NCBI GenBank assembly: GCA_964057225.1
Contig: OZ059896.1
Span: forward strand, 1,612,001-1,676,000
Reading direction: 5' to 3'
Origin: Auanema rhodensis
Taxonomy: Eukaryota; Animalia; Nematoda
DNA: 64,000 nt
Part shown: positions 12,601 through 26,676 of the stretch, piece by piece
Numbering within the stretch: the stretch's first letter is position 1
Layout of the letters: each line of letters begins with the position of its first letter
Made by a program: the position numbers and the translations under genes
Notes under the pieces: generated by a model
Told to the model about the DNA's origin: nothing
Seen by the model: the letters and a program-made list of their open reading frames with translations, nothing else
The model's database searches: none

Positions 12601-15093
12601 TTACTTTTTGCTAAATCATTTTGAAATTTCTCGAAAAAATTTTTGTCAAAATGTTTTTGGAAGCAATTTTGAGTGTACATGGAAACTCAACATACACTAA
12701 TGCATCATTTTTCAAACGATCATAACTAATTTTTGTATTTAGCTTTTCTCAATGTAGTATAGTGCATTCGATGCGGATTTTTAAGCTGCGTAGATCTGTG
12801 TTATCAGATTTGCGCTAGCTTAAAAATGCACCGAGATATCAACTGATATAAGTTCACACTTATATCCTCGATTTTCACCCTGAAGAATTAAATTTTTCGT
12901 TGAATAACATTGTCCATCGTTTTTGCCTTGAAAAAAGGAATCTAAAAACATCTACTTTTTGCTAAATCATTTTGAAATTTCTCGAAAAAATTTTTGTCAA
13001 AATGTTTTTGGAAGCAATTTTGAGTGTACATGGAAACTCAACATACACTAATGCATCATTTTTCAAACGATCATAACTAATTTTTGTATTAAGCGTTTCT
13101 CAATGTGGTATAGTGCATTCGATGCGGATTTTTAAGCTGCGTCGATCTGTGTTATCAGATTTGCGCTAGCTTAAAAATGCACCGAGATATCAACTGATAT
13201 AAGTTCACACTTATATCCTCGATTTTCACCCTGAAGAATTAATTTTTTCGTTGAATAACATTGTCCATCGTTTTTGCCTTGAAAAAAGGAATCTAAAAAT
13301 ATCTACTTTTTGCTAAATTATTTTGAAATTTTTCGAAAAAATTTTTGTCAAAATGTTTTTGGAAGCAATTTTGAGTGTACATGGAAACTCAACATACACT
13401 AATGCATCATTTTTCAAACGATCATAACTAATTTTTGTATTTAGCTTTTCTCAATGTAGTATAGTGCATTCGATGCGGATTTTTAAGCTGCGTAGATCTG
13501 TGTTATCAGATTTGCGCTAGCTTAAAAATGCACCGAGATATCAACTGATATAAGTTCACACTTATATCCTCGATTTTCACCCTGAAGAATTAAATTTTTC
13601 GTTGAATAACATTGTCCATCGTTTTTGCCTTGAAAAAAGGAATCTAAAAACATCTACTTTTTGCTAAATCATTTTGAAATTTCTCGAAAAAATTTTTGTC
13701 AAAATGTTTTTGGAAGCAATTTTGAGTGTACATGGAAACTCAACATACACTAATGCATCATTTTTCAAACGATCATAACTAATTTTTGTATTAAGCGTTT
13801 CTCAATGTGGTATAGTGCATTCGATGCGGATTTTTAAGCTGCGTCGATCTGTGTTATCAGATTTGCGCTAGCTTAAAAATGCACCGAGATATCAACTGAT
13901 ATAAGTTCACACTTATATCCTCGATTTTCACCCTGAAGAATTAATTTTTTCGTTGAATAACATTGTCCATCGTTTTTGCCTTGAAAAAAGGAATCTAAAA
14001 ATATCTACTTTTTGCTAAATTATTTTGAAATTTTTCGAAAAAATTTTTGTCAAAATGTTTTTGGAAGCAATTTTGAGTGTACATGGAAACTCAACATACA
14101 CTAATGCATCATTTTTCGAACGATCATAACTAATTTTTGTATTTAGCTTTTCTCAATGTAGTATAGTGCTTTCGATGCGGATTTTTAAGCTGCGTAGATC
14201 TGTGTTATCAGATTTGCGCTAGCTTAAAAATGCACCGAGATATCAACTGATATAAGTTCACACTTATATCCTCGATTTTCACCCTGAAGAATTAATTTTT
14301 TCGTTGAATAACATTGTCCATCGTTTTTGCCTTGAAAAAAGGAATCTAAAAACATCTACTTTTTGCTAAATTATTTTGAAATTTTTCGAAAAAATTTTTG
14401 TCAAAATGTTTTTGGAAGCAATGTTGAGTGTACATGGAAACTCAACATACACTAATGCATCATTTTTCAAACGATCATAACTAATTTTTGTATTAAGCGT
14501 TTCTCAATGTAGTATAGTGCATTCGATGCGGATTTTTAAGCTGCGTCGATCTGTGTTATCAGATTTGCGCTAGCTTAAAAATGCACCGAGATATCAACTG
14601 ATATAAGTTCACACTTATATCCTCGATTTTCACCCTGAAGAATTAATTTTTTCGTTGAATAACATTGTCCATCGTTTTTGCCTTGAAAAAAGGAATCTAA
14701 AAATATCTACTTTTTGCTAAATTATTTTGAAATTTTTCGAAAAAATTTTTGTCAAAATGTTTTTGGAAGCAATTTTGAGTGTACATGGAAACTCAACATA
14801 CACTAATGCATCATTTTTCGAACGATCATAACTAATTTTTGTATTTAGCTTTTCTCAATGTAGTATAGTGCTTTCGATGCGGATTTTTAAGCTGCGTAGA
14901 TCTGTGTTATCAGATTTGCGCTAGCTTAAAAATGCACCGAGATATCAACTGATATAAGTTCACACTTATATCCTCGATTTTCACCCTGAAGAATTAATTT
15001 TTTCGTTGAATAACATTGTCCATCGTTTTTGCCTTGAAAAAAGGAATCTAAAAACATCTACTTTTTGCTAAATTATTTTGAAATTTTTCGAAA
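6670..15093. repeat. 11-monomer higher-order repeat (3861 bp) x2, the second copy with an internal 2-monomer duplication
   Basis: Rare alleles caCTCtt, tGttgag, gtaCtata, gctaActt and catTtact each recur 3861 bp apart (e.g. ORFs 7447 and 11308). Monomers 37-38 are repeated as 39-40, after which ttcGaacg/gcTttcg monomers resume at a 13-monomer offset. Confidence 0.85.
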
Positions 15094-18000
15094 AAATTTT
15101 TGTCAAAATGTTTTTGGAAGCAATTTTGAGTGTACATGGAAACTCAACATACACTAATGCATCATTTTTCAAACGATCATAACTAATTTTTGTATTAAGC
15201 TTTTCTCAATGTAGTATAGTGCATTCGATGCGGATTTTTAAGCTGCGTAGATCTGTGTTATCAGATTTGCGCTAGCTTAAAAATGCACCGAGATATCAAC
15301 TGATATAAGTTCACACTTATATCCTCGATTTTCACCCTGAAGAATTAATTTTTTCGTTGAATAACATTGTCCATCGTTTTTGCCTTGAAAAAAGGAATCT
15401 AAAAACATCTACTTTTTGCTAAATTATTTTGAAATTTTTCGAAAAAATTTTTGTCAAAATGTTTTTGGAAGCAATGTTGAGTGTACATGGAAACTCAACA
15501 TACACTAATGCATCATTTTTCAAACGATCATAACTAATTTTTGTATTAAGCGTTTCTCAATGTAGTATAGTGCATTCGATGCGGATTTTTAAGCTGCGTC
15601 GATCTGTGTTATCAGATTTGCGCTAGCTTAAAAATGCACCGAGATATCAACTGATATAAGTTCACACTTATATCCTCGATTTTCACCCTGAAGAATTAAT
15701 TTTTTCGTTGAATAACATTGTCCATCGTTTCTGCCTTGAAAAAAGGAATCTAAAAACATCTACTTTTTGCTAAATTATTTTGAAATTTTTCGAAAAAATT
15801 TTTGTCAAAATGTTTTTGGAAGCAATTTTGAGTGTACATGGAAACTCAACATACACTAATGCATCATTTTTCAAACGATCATAACTAATTTTTGTATTTA
15901 GCTTTTCTCAATGTAGTATAGTGCATTCGATGCGGATTTTTAACCTGCGTCGATCTGTGTTATCAGATTTGCGCTAGCTTAAAAATGCACCGAGATATCA
16001 ACTGATATAAGTTCACACTTATATCCTCGATTTTCACCCTGAAGAATTAATTTTTTCGTTGAATAACATTGTCCATCGTTTTTGCCTTGAAAAAAGGAAT
16101 CTAAAAACATCTACTTTTTGCTAAATTATTTTCAAATTTTTTGAAAAAATTTTTGTCAAAATGTTTTTGGAAGCAATTTTGAGTGTACATGGAAACTCAA
16201 CATACACTAATGCATCATTTTTCAAACGATCATAACTAATTTTTGTATTAAGCTTTTCTCAATGAAGTTTAGTGCATTCGATGCGGATTTTTAAGCTGCG
16301 TAGATCTGTGTTATCAGATTTGCGCTAGCTTAAAAATGCACCGAGATATCAACTGATATAAGTTCACACTTATATCCTCGATTTTCACCCTGAAGAATTA
16401 ATTTTTTCGTTGAATAACATTGTCTATCGTTTTTGCCTTGAAAAAAGGAATCTAAAAACATCTACTTTTTGCTAAATTATTTTCAAATTTTTCGAAAAAA
16501 TTTTTGTCAAAATGTTTTTGGAAGCAATTTTGAGTGTACATGGAAACTCAACATACACTAATGCATCATTTTTCAAACGATCAAAACTAATTTTTGTATT
16601 AAGCGTTTCTCAATGTAGTATAGTGCATTCGATGCGGATTTTTAAGCTGCGTCGATCTGTACTATCAGATTCGCGCTAGCTTGAAAATGCACCGAGATAT
16701 CAACTGATATAAGTTCACACCTATATCCTCGATTTTCACCCTGAAGAATTAATTTTTTCGTTGAATAACATTGTCTATCGTTTTTGCCTTGAAAAAAGGA
16801 ATCTAAAAACATCTACTTTTTGCTAAATTATTTTGAAATTTTTCGAAAACATTTTTGTCAAAATGTTTTTGGAAGCAATTTTGAGTGTACATGGAAACTC
16901 AACATACACTAATGCATCATTTTTCAAACGATCATAACTAATTTTTGTATTAAGCTTTTCTCAATGAAGTTTAGTGCATTCGATGCGGATTTTTAAGCTG
17001 CGTAGATCTGTGTTATCAGATTTGCGCTAGCTTAAAAATGCACCGAGATATCAACTGATATAAGTTCACACTTATATCCTCGATTTTCACCCTGAAGAAT
17101 TACTTTTTTCGTTGAATAACATTGTCTATCGTTTTTGCCTTGAAAAAAGGAATCTAAAAACATCTACTTTTTGCTAAATTATTTTCAAATTTTTCGAAAA
17201 AATTTTTGTCAAAATGTTTTTGGAAGCAATTTTGAGTGTACATGGAAACTCAACATACACTAATGCATCATTTTTCAAACGATCATAACTAATTTTTGTA
17301 TTAAGCGTTTCTCAATGTAGTATAGTGCATTCGATGCGGATTTTTAAGCTGCGTCGATCTGCACTATCAGATTTACGCTAGCTTGAAAATGCACCGAGAT
17401 ATCAACTGATATAAGTTCACACTTATATCCTCGATTTTCACCCTGAAGAATTAATTTTTTCGTTGAATAACATTGTCCATCGTTTTTGCCTTGAAAAAAG
17501 GAATCTAAAAACATCTACTTTTTGCTAAATTATTTTCAAATTTTTCGAAAAAATTTTTGTCAAAATGTTTTTGGAAGCAATTTTGAGTGTACATGGAAAC
17601 TCAACATACACTAATGCATCATTTTTCAAACGATCATAACTAATTTTTGTATTAAGCTTTTCTCAATGAAGTTTAGTGCATTCGATGCGGATTTTTAAGC
17701 TGCGTAGATCTGTACTATCAGATTTGCGCTAGCTTGAAAATGCACCGAGATATCAACTGATATAAGTTCACACTTATATCCTCGATTTTCACCCTGAAGA
17801 ATTAATTTTTTCGTTGAATAACATTGTCTATCGTTTTTGCCTTGAAAAAAGGAATCTAAAAACATCTACTTTTTGCTAAATTATTTTGAAATTTTTCGAA
17901 AACATTTTTGTCAAAATGTTTTTGGAAGCAATTTTGAGTGTACATGGAAACTCAACATACACTAATGCATCATTTTTCAAACGATCATAACTAATTTTTG

Positions 18001-21000
18001 TATTAAGCGTTTCTCAATGTAGTATAGTGCATTCGATGCGGATTTTTAAGCTGCGTCGATCTGTACTATCAGATTTGCGCTAGATTGAAAATGCACCGAG
18101 ATATCAACTGATATAAGTTCACACTTATATCCTCGATTTTCACCCTGAAGAATTAATTTTTTCGTTCAATAATATTGTCCATCGTTTTTGCCTTGAAAAA
18201 AGGAATCTAAAAACATCTACTTTTTGCTAAATTATTTTCAAATTTTTCGAAAAAATTTTTGTCAAAATGTTTTTGGAAGCAATTTTGAGTGTACATGGAA
18301 ACTCAACATACACTAATGCATCATTTTTCAAACGATCATAACTAATTTTTGTATTAAGCGTTTCTCAATGTAGTATAGTGCATTCGATGCGGATTTTTAA
18401 GCTGCGTCGATCTGTACTATCAGATTTGCGCTAGCTTGAAAATGCACCGAGATATCAACTGATATAAGTTCACACTTATATCCTCGATTTTCACCCTGAA
18501 GAATTAATTTTTTCGTTGAATAACATTGTCCATCGTTTTTGCCTTGAAAAAAGGAATCTAAAAACATCTACTTTTTGCTAAATTATTTTCAAATTTTTCG
18601 AAAAAATTTTTGTCAAAATGTTTTTGGAAGCAATTTTGAGTGTACATGGAAACTCAACATACACTAATGCATCATTTTTCAAACGATCATAACTAATTTT
18701 TGTATTAAGCTTTTCTCAATGAAGTTTAGTGCATTCGATGCGGATTTTTAAGCTGCGTAGATCTGTGTTATCAGATTTGCGCTAGCTTAAAAATGCACCG
18801 AGATATCAACTGATATAAGTTCACACTTATATCCTCGATTTTCACCCTGAAGAATTACTTTTTTCGTTGAATAACATTGTCTATCGTTTTTGCCTTGAAA
18901 AAAGGAATCTAAAAACATCTACTTTTTGCTAAATTATTTTCAAATTTTTCGAAAAAATTTTTGTCAAAATGTTTTTGGAAGCAATTTTGAGTGTACATGG
19001 AAACTCAACATACACTAATGCATCATTTTTCAAACGATCATAACTAATTTTTGTATTAAGCGTTTCTCAATGTAGTATAGTGCATTCGATGCGGATTTTT
19101 AAGCTGCGTCGATCTGTACTATCAGATTTACGCTAGCTTGAAAATGCACCGAGATATCAACTGATATAAGTTCACACTTATATCCTCGATTTTCACCCTG
19201 AAGAATTAATTTTTTCGTTGAATAACATTGTCCATCGTTTTTGCCTTGAAAAAAGGAATCTAAAAACATCTACTTTTTGCTAAATTATTTTCAAATTTTT
19301 CGAAAAAATTTTTGTCAAAATGTTTTTGGAAGCAATTTTGAGTGTACATGGAAACTCAACATACACTAATGCATCATTTTTCAAACGATCATAACTAATT
19401 TTTGTATTAAGCGTTTCTCAATGTAGTATAGTGCATTCGATGCGGATTTTTAACCTGCGTCGATCTGTACTATCAGATTTGCGCTAGATTGAAAATGCAC
19501 CGAGATATCAACTGATATAAGTTCACACTTATATCCTCGATTTTCACCCTGAAGAATTAATTTTTTCGTTCAATAATATTGTCCATCGTTTTTGCCTTGA
19601 AAAAAGGAATCTAAAAACATCTACTTTTTGCTAAATTATATTCAAATTTTTCGAAAAAATTTTTGTCAAAATGTTTTTGGAAGCAATTTTGAGTGTACAT
19701 GGAAACTCAACATACACTAATGCATCATTTTTCAAACGATCATAACTAATTTTTGTATTAAGCGTTTCTCAATGTAGTATAGTGCATTCGATGCGGATTT
19801 TTAAGCTGCGTCGATCTGTACTATCAGATTTGCGCTAGCTTGAAAATGCACCGAGATATCAACTGATATAAGTTCACACTTATATCCTCGATTTTCACCC
19901 TGAAGAATTAATTTTTTCGTTGAATAACATTGTCCATCGTTTTTGCCTTGAAAAAAGGAATCTAAAAACATCTACTTTTTGCTAAATTATTTTCAAATTT
20001 TTCGAAAAAATTTTTGTCAAAATGTTTTTGGAAGCAATTTTGAGTGTACATGGAAACTCAACATACACTAATGCATCATTTTTCAAACGATCATAACTAA
20101 TTTTTGTATTAAGCTTTTCTCAATGAAGTTTAGTGCATTCGATGCGGATTTTTAAGCTGCGTAGATCTGTGTTATCAGATTTGCGCTAGCTTAAAAATGC
20201 ACCGAGATATCAACTGATATAAGTTCACACTTATATCCTCGATTTTCACCCTGAAGAATTACTTTTTTCGTTGAATAACATTGTCTATCGTTTTTGCCTT
20301 GAAAAAAGGAATCTAAAAACATCTACTTTTTGCTAAATTATTTTCAAATTTTTCGAAAAAATTTTTGTCAAAATGTTTTTGGAAGCAATTTTGAGTGTAC
20401 ATGGAAACTCAACATACACTAATGCATCATTTTTCAAACGATCATAACTAATTTTTGTATTAAGCGTTTCTCAATGTAGTATAGTGCATTCGATGCGGAT
20501 TTTTAAGCTGCGTCGATCTGTACTATCAGATTTACGCTAGCTTGAAAATGCACCGAGATATCAACTGATATAAGTTCACACTTATATCCTCGATTTTCAC
20601 CCTGAAGAATTAATTTTTTCGTTGAATAACATTGTCCATCGTTTTTGCCTTGAAAAAAGGAATCTAAAAACATCTACTTTTTGCTAAATTATTTTCAAAT
20701 TTTTCGAAAAAATTTTTGTCAAAATGTTTTTGGAAGCAATTTTGAGTGTACATGGAAACTCAACATACACTAATGCATCATTTTTCAAACGATCATAACT
20801 AATTTTTGTATTAAGCGTTTCTCAATGTAGTATAGTGCATTCGATGCGGATTTTTAAGCTGCGTCGATCTGTACTATCAGATTTGCGCTAGCTTGAAAAT
20901 GCACCGAGATATCAACTGATATAAGTTCACACTTATATCCTCGATTTTCACCCTGAAGAATTAATTTTTTCGTTGAATAACATTGTCCATCGTTTTTGCC

Positions 21001-22464
21001 TTGAAAAAAGGAATCTAAAAACATCTACTTTTTGCTAAATTATTTTCAAATTTTTCGAAAAAATTTTTGTCAAAATGTTTTTGGAAGCAATTTTGAGTGT
21101 ACATGGAAACTCAACATACACTAATGCATCATTTTTCAAACGATCATAACTAATTTTTGTATTAAGCTTTTCTCAATGAAGTTTAGTGCATTCGATGCGG
21201 ATTTTTAAGCTGCGTAGATCTGTGTTATCAGATTTGCGCTAGCTTAAAAATGCACCGAGATATCAACTGATATAAGTTCACACTTATATCCTCGATTTTC
21301 ACCCTGAAGAATTACTTTTTTCGTTGAATAACATTGTCTATCGTTTTTGCCTTGAAAAAAGGAATCTAAAAACATCTACTTTTTGCTAAATTATTTTCAA
21401 ATTTTTCGAAAAAATTTTTGTCAAAATGTTTTTGGAAGCAATTTTGAGTGTACATGGAAACTCAACATACACTAATGCATCATTTTTCAAACGATCATAA
21501 CTAATTTTTGTATTAAGCGTTTCTCAATGTAGTATAGTGCATTCGATGCGGATTTTTAAGCTGCGTCGATCTGTACTATCAGATTTACGCTAGCTTGAAA
21601 ATGCACCGAGATATCAACTGATATAAGTTCACACTTATATCCTCGATTTTCACCCTGAAGAATTAATTTTTTCGTTGAATAACATTGTCCATCGTTTTTG
21701 CCTTGAAAAAAGGAATCTAAAAACATCTACTTTTTGCTAAATTATTTTCAAATTTTTCGAAAAAATTTTTGTCAAAATGTTTTTGGAAGCAATTTTGAGT
21801 GTACATGGAAACTCAACATACACTAATGCATCATTTTTCAAACGATCATAACTAATTTTTGTATTAAGCTTTTCTCAATTAAGTTTAGTGCATTCGATGC
21901 GGATTTTTAAGCTGCGTAGATCTGTACTATCAGATTTGCGCTAGCTTGAAAATGCACCGAGATATCAACTGATATAAGTTCACACTTATATCCTCGATTT
22001 TCACCCTGAAGAATTAATTTTTTCGTTGAATAACATTGTCTATCGTTTTTGCCTTGAAAAAAGGAATCTAAAAACATCTACTTTTTGCTAAATTATTTTG
22101 AAAATTTTCGAAAACATTTTTGTCAAAATGTTTTTGGAAGCAATTTTGAGTGTACATGGAAACTCAACATACACTAATGCATCATTTTTCAAACGATCAT
22201 AACTAATTTTTGTATTAAGCGTTTCTCAATGTAGTATAGTGCATTCGATGCGGATTTTTGAGCTGCGTCGATCTGTACTATCAGATTTGCGCTAGCTTGA
22301 AAATGCACCGAGATATCAACTGATATAAGTTCACACTTATATCCTCGATTTTCACCCTGAAGAATTAATTTTTTCGTTGAATAACATTGTCCATCGTTTT
22401 TGCCTTGAAAAAAGGAATCTAAAAACATCTACTTTTTGCTAAATTATTTTCAAATTTTTCGAAA

Positions 22465-25400
22465 AAATTTTTGTCAAAATGTTTTTGGAAGCAATTTTGA
22501 GTGTACATGGAAACTCAACATACACTAATGCATCATTTTTCAAACGATCATAACTAATTTTTGTATTAAGCTTTTCTCAATGAAGTTTAGTGCATTCGAT
22601 GCGGATTTTTAAGCTGCGTAGATCTGTGTTATCAGATTTGCGCTAGCTTAAAAATGCACCGAGATATCAACTGATATAAGTTTACACTTATATCCTCGAT
22701 TTTCACCCTGAAGAATTACTTTTTTCGTTGAATAACATTGTCTATCGTTTTTGCCTTGAAAAAAGGAATCTAAAAACATCTACTTTTTGCTAAATTATTT
22801 TCAAATTTTTCGAAAAAATTTTTGTCAAAATGTTTTTGGAAGCAATTTTGAGTGTACATGGAAACTCAACATACACTAATGCATCATTTTTCAAACGATC
22901 ATAACTAATTTTTGTATTAAGCGTTTCTCAATGTAGTATAGTGCATTCGATGCGGATTTTTAAGCTGCGTCGATCTGTACTATCAGATTTACGCTAGCTT
23001 GAAAATGCACCGAGATATCAACTGATATAAGTTCACACTTATATCCTCGATTTTCACCCTGAAGAATTAATTTTTTCGTTGAATAACATTGTCCATCGTT
23101 TTTGCCTTGAAAAAAGGAATCTAAAAACATCTACTTTTTGCTAAATTATTTTCAAATTTTTCGAAAAAATTTTTGTCAAAATGTTTTTGGAAGCAATTTT
23201 GAGTGTACATGGAAACTCAACATACACTAATGCATCATTTTTCAAACGATCATAACTAATTTTTGTATTAAGCGTTTCTCAATGTAGTATAGTGCATTCG
23301 ATGCGGATTTTTAAGCTGCGTCGATCTGTACTATCAGATTTGCGCTAGCTTGAAAATGCACCGAGATATCAACTGATATAAGTTCACACTTATATCCTCG
23401 ATTTTCACCCTGAAGAATTAATTTTTTCGTTGAATAACATTGTCCATCGTTTTTGCCTTGAAAAAAGGAATCTAAAAACATCTACTTTTTGCTAAATTAT
23501 TTTCAAATTTTTCGAAAAAATTTTTGTCAAAATGTTTTTGGAAGCAATTTTGAGTGTACATGGAAACTCAACATACACTAATGCATCATTTTTCAAACGA
23601 TCATAACTAATTTTTGTATTAAGCTTTTCTCAATGAAGTTTAGTGCATTCGATGCGGATTTTTAAGCTGCGTAGATCTGTGTTATCAGATTTGCGCTAGC
23701 TTAAAAATGCACCGAGATATCAACTGATATAAGTTCACACTTATATCCTCGATTTTCACCCTGAAGAATTACTTTTTTCGTTGAATAACATTGTCTATCG
23801 TTTTTGCCTTGAAAAAAGGAATCTAAAAACATCTACTTTTTGCTAAATTATTTTCAAATTTTTCGAAAAAATTTTTGTCAAAATGTTTTTGGAAGCAATT
23901 TTGAGTGTACATGGAAACTCAACATACACTAATGCATCATTTTTCAAACGATCATAACTAATTTTTGTATTAAGCGTTTCTCAATGTAGTATAGTGCATT
24001 CGATGCGGATTTTTAAGCTGCGTCGATCTGTACTATCAGATTTACGCTAGCTTGAAAATGCACCGAGATATCAACTGATATAAGTTCACACTTATATCCT
24101 CGATTTTCACCCCGAAGAATTAATTTTTTCGTTGAATAACATTGTCCATCGTTTTTGCCTTGAAAAAAGGAATCTAAAAACATCTACTTTTTGCTAAATT
24201 ATTTTTAAATTTTTCGAAAAAATTTTTGTCAAAATGTTTTTGGAAGCAATTTTGAGTGTACATGGAAACTCAACATACACTAATGCATCATTTTTCAAAC
24301 GATCATAACTAATTTTTGTATTAAGCTTTTCTCAATTAAGTTTAGTGCATTCGATGCGGATTTTTAAGCTGCGTAGATCTGTACTATCAGATTTGCGCTA
24401 GCTTGAAAATGCACCGAGATATCAACTGATATAAGTTCACACTTATATCCTCGATTTTCACCCTGAAGAATTAATTTTTTCGTTGAATAACATTGTCTAT
24501 CGTTTTTGCCTCGAAAAAAGGAATCTAAAAACATCTACTTTTTGCTAAATTATTTTCAAATTTTTCGAAAAAATTTTTGTCAAAATGTTTTTGGAAGCAA
24601 TTTTGAGTGTACATGGAAACTCAACATACACTAATGCATCATTTTTCAAACGATCATAACTAATTTTTGTATTAAGCTTTTCTCAATGAAGTTTAGTGCA
24701 TTCGATGCGGATTTTTAAGCTGCGTAGATCTGTGTTATCAGATTTGCGCTAGCTTAAAAATGCACCGAGATATCAACTGATATAAGTTTACACTTATATC
24801 CTCGATTTTCACCCTGAAGAATTACTTTTTTCGTTGAATAACATTGTCTATCGTTTTTGCCTTGAAAAAAGGAATCTAAAAACATCTACTTTTTGCTAAA
24901 TTATTTTCAAATTTTTCGAAAAAATTTTTGTCAAAATGTTTTTGGAAGCAATTTTGAGTGTACATGGAAACTCAACATACACTAATGCATCATTTTTCAA
25001 ACGATCATAACTAATTTTTGTATTAAGCGTTTCTCAATGTAGTATAGTGCATTCGATGCGGATTTTTAAGCTGCGTCGATCTGTACTATCAGATTTACGC
25101 TAGCTTGAAAATGCACCGAGATATCAACTGATATAAGTTCACACTTATATCCTCGATTTTCACCCTGAAGAATTAATTTTTTCGTTGAATAACATTGTCC
25201 ATCGTTTTTGCCTTGAGAAAAGGAATCTAAAAACATCTACTTTTTGCTAAATTATTTTCAAATTTTTCGAAAAAATTTTTGTCAAAATGTTTTTGGAAGC
25301 AATTTTGAGTGTACATGGAAACTCAACATACACTAATGCATCATTTTTCAAACGATCATAACTAATTTTTGTATTAAGCGTTTCTCAATGTAGTATAGTG

Positions 25401-26676
25401 CATTCGATGCGGATTTTTAAGCTGCGTCGATCTGTACTATCAGATTTGCGCTAGCTTGAAAATGCACCGAGATATCAACTGATATAAGTTCACACTTATA
25501 TCCTCGATTTTCACCCTGAAGAATTAATTTTTTCGTTGAATAACATTGTCCATCGTTTTTGCCTTGAAAAAAGGAATCTAAAAACATCTACTTTTTGCTA
25601 AATTATTTTCAAATTTTTCGAAAAAATTTTTGTCAAAATGTTTTTGGAAGCAATTTTGAGTGTACATGGAAACTCAACATACACTAATGCATCATTTTTC
25701 AAACGATCATAACTAATTTTTGTATTAAGCTTTTCTCAATGAAGTTTAGTGCATTCGATGCGGATTTTTAAGCTGCGTAGATCTGTGTTATCAGATTTGC
25801 GCTAGCTTAAAAATGCACCGAGATATCAACTGATATAAGTTCACACTTATATCCTCGATTTTCACCCTGAAGAATTACTTTTTTCGTTGAATAACATTGT
25901 CTATCGTTTTTGCCTTGAAAAAAGGAATCTAAAAACATCTACTTTTTGCTAAATTATTTTCAAATTTTTCGAAAAAATTTTTGTCAAAATGTTTTTGGAA
26001 GCAATTTTGAGTGTACATGGAAACTCAACATACACTAATGCATCATTTTTCAAACGATCATAACTAATTTTTGTATTAAGCGTTTCTCAATGTAGTATAG
26101 TGCATTCGATGCGGATTTTTAAGCTGCGTCGATCTGTACTATCAGATTTACGCTAGCTTGAAAATGCACCGAGATATCAACTGATATAAGTTCACACTTA
26201 TATCCTCGATTTTCACCCCGAAGAATTAATTTTTTCGTTGAATAACATTGTCCATCGTTTTTGCCTTGAAAAAAGGAATCTAAAAACATCTACTTTTTGC
26301 TAAATTATTTTCAAATTTTTCGAAAAAATTCTTGTCAAAATGTTTTTGGAAGCAATTTTGAGTGTACATGGAAACTCAACATACACTAATGCATCATTTT
26401 TCAAACGATCATAACTACTTTTTGTATTAAGCTTTTCTCAATTAAGTTTAGTGCATTCGATGCGGATTTTTAAGCTGCGTAGATCTGTACTATCAGATTT
26501 GCGCTAGCTTGAAAATGCACCGAGATATCAACTGATATAAGTTCACACTTATATCCTCGATTTTCACCCTGAAGAATTAATTTTTTCGTTGAATAACATT
26601 GTCTATCGTTTTTGCCTTGAAAAAAGGAATCTAAAAACATCTACTTTTTGCTAAATTATTTTGAAAATTTTCGAAA
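22465..26676. repeat. 6-monomer tandem duplication (2106 bp) x2
   Basis: Alleles gttTacac at 22683 and 24789, and cccCgaag at 24113 and 26219, are both exactly 2106 bp apart. Monomer order X-Y-Y0-X-Y-Z is repeated (Y0 = Y without tttAcgc, Z = X/Y chimera). Confidence 0.85.

Larger units (their letters stand above)
1..16146. repeat. Left allele domain (monomers 1-46), several distinct monomer types
   Basis: Alleles seen only here by eye: acaAgg (offset 44), caatGttgag (32), ttttCgt (98), ctgaGga (248), tatcTact (205), aaatCatt (332), tttCtcg (345), aaaTatc (313). Offset 338 is G (ttttGaaa) until 16133. Confidence 0.85.
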
